Shown here: positions 57,663-64,000 of the stretch, piece by piece
Position numbering within the stretch: the stretch's first letter is position 1
How the letters are laid out: the number at the start of each line of letters is the position of its first letter
Source of the DNA: the human T2T-CHM13v2.0 reference genome, Homo sapiens
Reading direction: 5' to 3' (one strand)
Length of the DNA stretch: 64,000 bases
Assembly: GCF_009914755.1 (NCBI RefSeq)
Contig: NC_060938.1
The notes under the pieces: model-generated
Told to the model about the DNA's origin: nothing
What the model saw: the letters and a program-made list of their open reading frames with translations, nothing else
Database searches by the model: none
Made by a program: the position numbers and the translations under genes

Positions 57663-58195
57663 TGTTAAATGTGAATTCTAAACTTCTCTTCAAAGAATTA
57701 ATATGTCAGTATGTTCAATTCTTTGTCTTCTAGTTTTAAACTTAACTTCCTCGTAAAGCAACCCTTTTCGATTACCTACTCCACCCTGACTCATTCCAAT
57801 CACCTGCTCCACCCTAATTCATTCCGATCACTTGCTTCACTCTAACTCATTCTGATTAACTGCTCTGCCCTGACTCATTCTCCACCCTGCATAACCATTT
57901 TTTTCCCGCCAAAGCACTCACCCCGGCACTCTCTTTAAATTAGCCAACCAGGATTAGTTTAGCCTGTGCGGTCTAACCCTGGCCAATAGGGGAACGACAC
58001 AGCTGCAGGGGACACGTGCGTCAGGGATAAGAACCCCTTTCCCTCCCTTGTCCAGGTGTGTGCTCACCATTGCTCCATCCGTGAGGTCGCACCCTTCCGT
58101 AGAAGTACCTTGCCTTGCTGAGAATTAAAAAAAAAAAAAAAAAAAATTTATTCGAGTGCTATTTCTTTTGCAGCACCGAAACTTTATATATAACA
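57663..58195 (+). mobile_element. LTR10 (A/F-like, HERV-I group) solo LTR with internal 28-bp tandem repeat
   Basis: 'tgttaaatgtgaattctaaa...ccaccctgactcattcc' repeats, CCAAT box, ends 'caccgaaactttatatataaca'. Confidence 0.9.
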
Positions 58196-58349
58196 ATGTG
58201 TTGCTGTTTTCTTTGATAAAAATGAATGAATATTTAGCAAATAAGTGAGATTACTTCAAGAATCTAATGTTAAATATATAAGCCTTTGTGCACTTGGTTG
58301 CAGCAGTGGACTATAGGATTAAAAAAAAAAAGAGATGGACTGAGAGGAT

Positions 58350-59960
58350 TTGAGCAGGGCAGAAGATGTGTCTAACCTTGTACCATTTGAAACCATTTGT
58401 GATCTCTCTTAAGCCCAGTCTTTCACAGAGCCTTCCAGTTGATGACTGGCTTTTTCCACCAGGAAAAGAATGAAGACAGTAGGGTTAATGGAAGAAGCTT
58501 GTACTCCAGCTATAACTGGCTTGAAGCCACAATTGATATCCATACTCTCACTCCTCCATTGGCCACCACTTAACCACTGGGGTCATCTCAGAATTTCATC
58601 ATCAGGTATTACAAGCCTTCAGTTGCTTTGCTGTTGTCAGGCTGTGGCTACTGTAATTGATTACTTAGTTATTACTGGGCAGTGAAGCAACCATAGATAC
58701 ATACTAAATCTCATGACTTCCAATGAAGTCCTTTCAGCTACTATAAATTCTTGCAGTAACAGGAGTCTTCACCCTTTTCTGTCTCCCTGTCATTGTACTG
58801 GCATGAGGAGACCCAAATCACCACATGGTGATCTACCTACAATTTCAGTGGAATCCTTGCTGTGTTACTTCTTGGAAATGTTTTCTGTAAGGAACCAGGA
58901 TCAATAATCCAGTTGATTCAAAAGTCATGGGCATCAATAGCATATATTCTGGTAATGAAACACTAAGAGTGTTGATAAGAATGTCCAATCCTACTTCCTA
59001 ACTATTCAGGGAATTGTCCTGGAGCTGCAAATGATCTCTTCTTCTTTGTATCATTTAATTAGGCTTCATGCTTCTGGATGATACAGTATATAATAGTATC
59101 AGTGGGTCTCAGGGTAAAGTGAAGTTTGTTATATCTCTTTTGCTATAAAAGGGTCACACGATCTGAGAAAATTATGTGTGTAATCCAGTTGTAGCAAATC
59201 AGAAATGTTGTAAGTTGTTAGGGTGTGGTACTGGCACATGTACATATGGGTATTCATTCTGGGAAGGACAAGTTACTGTCTTCTGGATAGATGGTGTCCA
59301 GTATAATCAACCTGCCATTAAGTGGACAGTCAGATTATTTTAGCAATGCTGCCTTATCAGTGAACAGCTTTGGATTTTGTTGCTGACAGACCAGGGATTC
59401 ACCAGAGGTAGTAGCTTAGCCAACCTTAATGACAGGGAATCCATGCTTTGGGCTGATAAATATCTATCCTTCTCATCATAGCTATTTAATTTCTGGCCTT
59501 ATGGACTAGGCTGTACAGTACCAAGGAGAAACACTGGCTGACCTCCTCTGAAAGAACCATCCTGTCTGGTTGACTTTTGAGTGTACCTCTGTTCTAGATA
59601 CGTCTTGAATGTTATTAATACAAAGACCAAAGATTTACACATTCTTCCAACCCCCATATGCCCCTCTACGTTCCCCTTCCCAAAGCTTCCTTACTTACCT
59701 CTGATCCGTGAAATTTGTTTCTTCCAGACCTCTAAATAAAGCCAATCATTTTACCACTGATTGTGATTCTGTGTATATCCATACCTCAAGTCACTTCTAC
59801 ATTTCTCCACAGTGCATACAACTAAGTATATTGTTTAGAATTTAGCCAAATGAGAAGCTCCTCCTTCTTCATTGTCCATAAAATAAAGGCCCCAGGGATA
59901 AAGAGTGACAGAATATCCAAATAATGGCAAGGTAGCTAGTATGGTGGAAGCCCAGATGGA
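58350..59960 (-). mobile_element. degraded ERVL/MLT-int pol-like fragment
   Basis: Antisense DNEEGGASHLAKF resembles the ERVL RNase H motif DSGEGKSSQWAEL; 'gtataatcaacctgcca' is typical of ERVL internal sequence. Confidence 0.55.
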
Positions 59961-60111
59961 AAAGAAGTGGAAAATATGTCCTGAGAGGTGATATGTCCCC
60001 ACAACACATACAACCTGAAATATTATAAGCATTTTAAGCATCATTAATGATTGTACAGTGATTTATTTATAATACCATTTTCATCCCCTTTTATGCCTCA
60101 GGTGTTTAGGA

Positions 60112-60322
60112 TTCTTCCTTCTCATTATTTCTTCCTTTCCTTTTTCCCCTTTCTTTCTTTTCCCTCTCCCCTCTTCCTCCTTCCTTCCTTCCTTTCTCTT
60201 TCTTTCTTTTCTTTCTTTCTCTCTCTCTCTCCTTCCTTCCTTCTTTCTTTTTTTCTTTCTTTTCCTCCCTCCCTTTCCCCTTCTTTCCTTCCTCCCTCCC
60301 TTCCTTCTTCTCTTTCTTCTTG
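60112..60322. repeat. (TTCC)/(TTTC)n pyrimidine tract
   Basis: Direct reading. Confidence 0.93.
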
Positions 60323-60632
60323 CCTATTTTTTATTTGAAATGTCTTTATTAAGCCTGATATTTATACACAGTGAATAAGAATACTAAATACTTTCTGAAC
60401 TGACCATTGTGTTGGCTGCTGTAAGAATTAAAAGCAATACTAAGTCACACTACTGGAATAAACTAGACTATTCTAAGTATCACAAGCATCTGTAGCTAGG
60501 AGAGCCTATATAAATATCTTAGGCATCACCTTCTCCATTATCTCATTCAATGCAAAAATCTCAGATGAATAGCCAACTTCTTCAAAATATTTAACAATAA
60601 GGACCTTACTGCTTTATTAAATTACTATTTTC

Positions 60633-61368
60633 TGCTTGTATATCTTCTTTTGAGAAATGTCTGTTCATGTCCTTTGCCCACATTTTAATGGGGTTATTTG
60701 CATTTTGCTTGTTGAATTGTTTAAGTTCCTTACAGATTTTGGATAATAGCTGTCTGTTTGATACATAGTTTGTGAATATTTTCTCTCATTCTGTAAGATA
60801 TTTGTTAATAGTTCCTTTTGCTCTGCAGAAGCTCTTTAGTTTAATTAGGTCCGACTTGCTAATTTTTAAAAAGACACATGCATTTGTATGTTTATTGCAA
60901 CATGATTCACAGTAGCAAAGTCACGGAATCAATCTAGGTACTCATCAATGGTAGATTGGATAAAGAAAATGTAGTACATATACACCATGGAATGTTATGC
61001 AGCCATTAAAAAGAACAAAATAATTTCCTTTCCAGTAACATGGATGCAGCTGGAGGTCATTATCTTAATAAATTAAAGCAGAAATAGAAAACCAAATACT
61101 GTATGTTCTTACTTACAAGCAGAAATTCAACATTAGGTACACATGGAGATAAGCATGGAAAAATAAACACTGGGGATTAGTGGACGGGGGAGAGAAAGAG
61201 GAGGGCAAAGGCTGAAAACTACCTATTGGGTACTATACTTACTACCTGGGTGTTGGAACCATCCATATCCCAACCCTCAATATCATGCAATATACTCATG
61301 TAAAAAATCTGAACATGTATTCCCTGAATCTAAGATAAAAGTTGGAATTATTTTTTAAAAAAAGAAAA
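60633..61368 (+). mobile_element. 5'-inverted (twin-primed) L1PA16/L1PB-like element
   Basis: Antisense segment 60633-60867 joined to a sense 3' end with A tail; flanking tactatttt TSD. Confidence 0.88.
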
Positions 61369-61615
61369 ATACTATTTTATTGCATTAATTTTTTTTCATT
61401 AATTTTTTTTTCATTTTAGAGTAGCTTTAGTTTCTCTAATCTTCTTATTCTGACTTGAGATCCACATTCTTGAACTTTTCATTCACTAGTACTATTTATG
61501 TCCTCTGGAAGAAAAACAAAAACAAACAAAAAAATTATTCCAAAGTCATTTGATCCCTCAGATATTTCCTTATCTCTTTCATTCTGTTTGAATTAAGAAA
61601 TACACTACCTTGCTG

Positions 61616-61680
61616 GAACCCGGGAGGCGGAGCTTGCAGTGAGCCGAGATCACGCCACTGCACTCCAGCTTGGAGTGAGA
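61616..61680 (+). mobile_element. isolated AluY right-arm fragment, no tail or TSD
   Basis: gaacccgggaggcggagcttgcagtgagccgagatcacgccactgcactccagc with CpGs intact. Confidence 0.92.
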
Positions 61681-62294
61681 AAAGTTAACAAGTTTATTTT
61701 CTGCAAGATTTCTTGTACTTTATGATAGAATGCATACTAAGGTCTTAAGGAGCTAGAGTTCTCCAAAACACAGTTTGGAAAACATTTGGAAAGTAAAGAA
61801 TACTTCTTAGCTTTTTACTTTTCTAACTCCAGGTCTAACTCCTGAACAAAAGTCCAGAAGTGTATTACCCACTGCTTATTAGACATCTCTTAACAGATGG
61901 GACGTGTTCACCATTTACCTTCAGTGCGTAACAAAGTGCCTGGTACATAGTTGCTAGTTATATTTTGAATAATATAATAAATCTCTGAAGTCAGGAAAGT
62001 ATGTGTTGGTCTCTTTCATCTTCTTTAAAAACCAAGTTTGAAAAACCAGAGTTTAGTAGACACAATGGAACATTTGGCTTAGAAGAAAATTAATAAACTT
62101 ATACATTTAATTTATTTTTCTTAAAAAAGAAATAGAAGCTGAAAATTCTAATGGACTTACGTTAAGTGTGTAATCATATGGGGCCAGTTGTTTGGCCTAG
62201 GTTTGACCTAGTAGGTCTCTAGCTCCTTGAGACCTTACTATGCATTCTATCATAAAGTACAAGAAATCTTGCAGAAAAAAAACTTGTTAACTTT
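61681..62294. repeat. 78-bp inverted repeat (61681-61758 / 62217-62294)
   Basis: Manual reverse-complement alignment gives 75/78 identity. Confidence 0.95.
61825..61975 (+). mobile_element. L2 fragment
   Basis: 'actgcttattagacatctct' and 3' end 'cagtgcgtaacaaagtgcctggtacatag'. Confidence 0.6.
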
Positions 62295-63741
62295 GTTAAC
62301 ACAGTATTGGCCAAATTATTTACTATGGAACCTCTTATCACAGAAGACCTGACAATATCTCATAATATTGATTTTCCAGAAAACAGAATTTAAGACTCTG
62401 ACTTATTTGCACAACATTCCCTGGAATGTCAACGATACCAATCTACTCATGAATGGCCAAGTATTTTATATAAGGATGATATAAACAGCAAATAATATGA
62501 CCATTACAAGCCTTTGGGATTACTAGCAGTATACAAAGATGATCCTTGCCATCAGCCAACCTTACCCTAAGTTTTCTGAAGGGTCTGACATTTTATCTGT
62601 AGAGATAAATGGTAATGACATGTTTCCTTAAGACTTTTCTAGCAAAAACTGGAAAGGCAATACATGTTGTCCATTTTTGCAAGTGAATATTTTCCTGTGC
62701 ATCACATAAATAGCCAAAGGAAAAAGAAAAAAAAAATCAATGTGGCCTATGCAAATTTAAAGGGCATCTGGATGTGTGTGGATATGTCTAGGTTTATTTG
62801 CATGATCTCTCTTTATTTTTCCTGCTTTCTCTGACCCCTTCAGACAAAACATGCGCCAATCTTTGAGTTGTCAGGATAAATCTCTTATGGCTATCACCTT
62901 GTTTGTAAAACTTGGAGATCTGAAGAAAACACTGTCAAGTGATGATGAAAAAAAATGCATTCTTCTCTTCTGACCCTGCCAGGCTTGTGAGCACAATGGT
63001 TGGAGAAGAAAAAAGTCAAGGCAGCAGCTGCCAGGCAACGTCTGCTGTGAGCAGGGGACCTTTTCTGGATTGCTAACAACAAGGATCATGCAAAGGCGTG
63101 GGAGCTTTTTATGGCCACTGTTCTTTCTCTGGCTTTTATAAAAATGTGTTTTACAGGTGAATCAGTGCTTATAAAGTGGGAAAGAAGGTATGAGGAGGAG
63201 CTGGCATGGAATACTTCGGCAGTGTTCAAAGAAAAATAAAGAAAACAAATGAGAGACGAATGCCTTTTCCTTACAGGCCAAGGAGAAAAAAACCCAAAAT
63301 CAATGCCATTGGCCAACTCTCCCTGCTGGGAACAATTAGGTCAGGCTGCAGAGAAAATGAAACATTGTAATTTAAAATTGTATAATTCTTAATATTTTAC
63401 GGAATTGGGCACGAATCAGGTGCCTCCTCCAGCATGTGGCTGCCACGTGCCTGGATTTTGAACAGGAATGTTGCACCTTTGGATGCAAGAAGACAGGTGG
63501 GCTCTGCTTCCTCCCTCCTGCTGGTTCTAGGTAAGTGCTTATTGGCCTCAAACTGATTTGGCCACCGGCAGCATGTGAAGCTGGATCACAAGAATGAGGG
63601 AGCTCAGATACAGTGGCGAACTCTTTGCTTCCCCCCAAATATCAAACTGAAATGAAAAACAGAGGACATGGCATTAAAAAAACATGTATATTGAGGTGAG
63701 ACTCAGCCCTCAGCCAAATAGAGAAACAGGGACAGATATGA

Positions 63742-64000
<259 letters not shown>

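Noticed and set aside
57767-57880. 28-bp repeats as a CRISPR-like array
   Set aside because: Head-to-tail units with no spacers inside an LTR10 element in primate DNA.

Overview
This is not microbial DNA. It is AT-rich primate (human-like) intergenic or intronic sequence made largely of interspersed repeats, with no recognisable cellular protein-coding gene, RNA gene or CRISPR array. It holds eight Alus plus one Alu fragment, several L1s (two near full length), two complete THE1 MaLR elements with perfect TSDs, many MST/MLT solo LTRs, a deleted MER41-type ERV1 provirus (gag, protease, RNase H and integrase remnants; no RT or env), and a tight cluster of solo LTR7, LTR9 and LTR10 elements. I found no evidence of a new enzymatic or biological system. 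The most notable signals are structural or regulatory: (1) an apparent ~535-bp micro-inversion at 61.7-62.3 kb with a 78-bp inverted breakpoint duplication and a captured AluY fragment; (2) a microhomology deletion fusing the provirus integrase end to the last ~20 bp of its 3' LTR; (3) an inverted ORF1 copy inside an L1, apparently templated from the same element; (4) an LTR cluster carrying OCT/SOX and AP-1 motifs. Subfamily names come from recalled consensus sequences, not a database search, and most boundaries are approximate.
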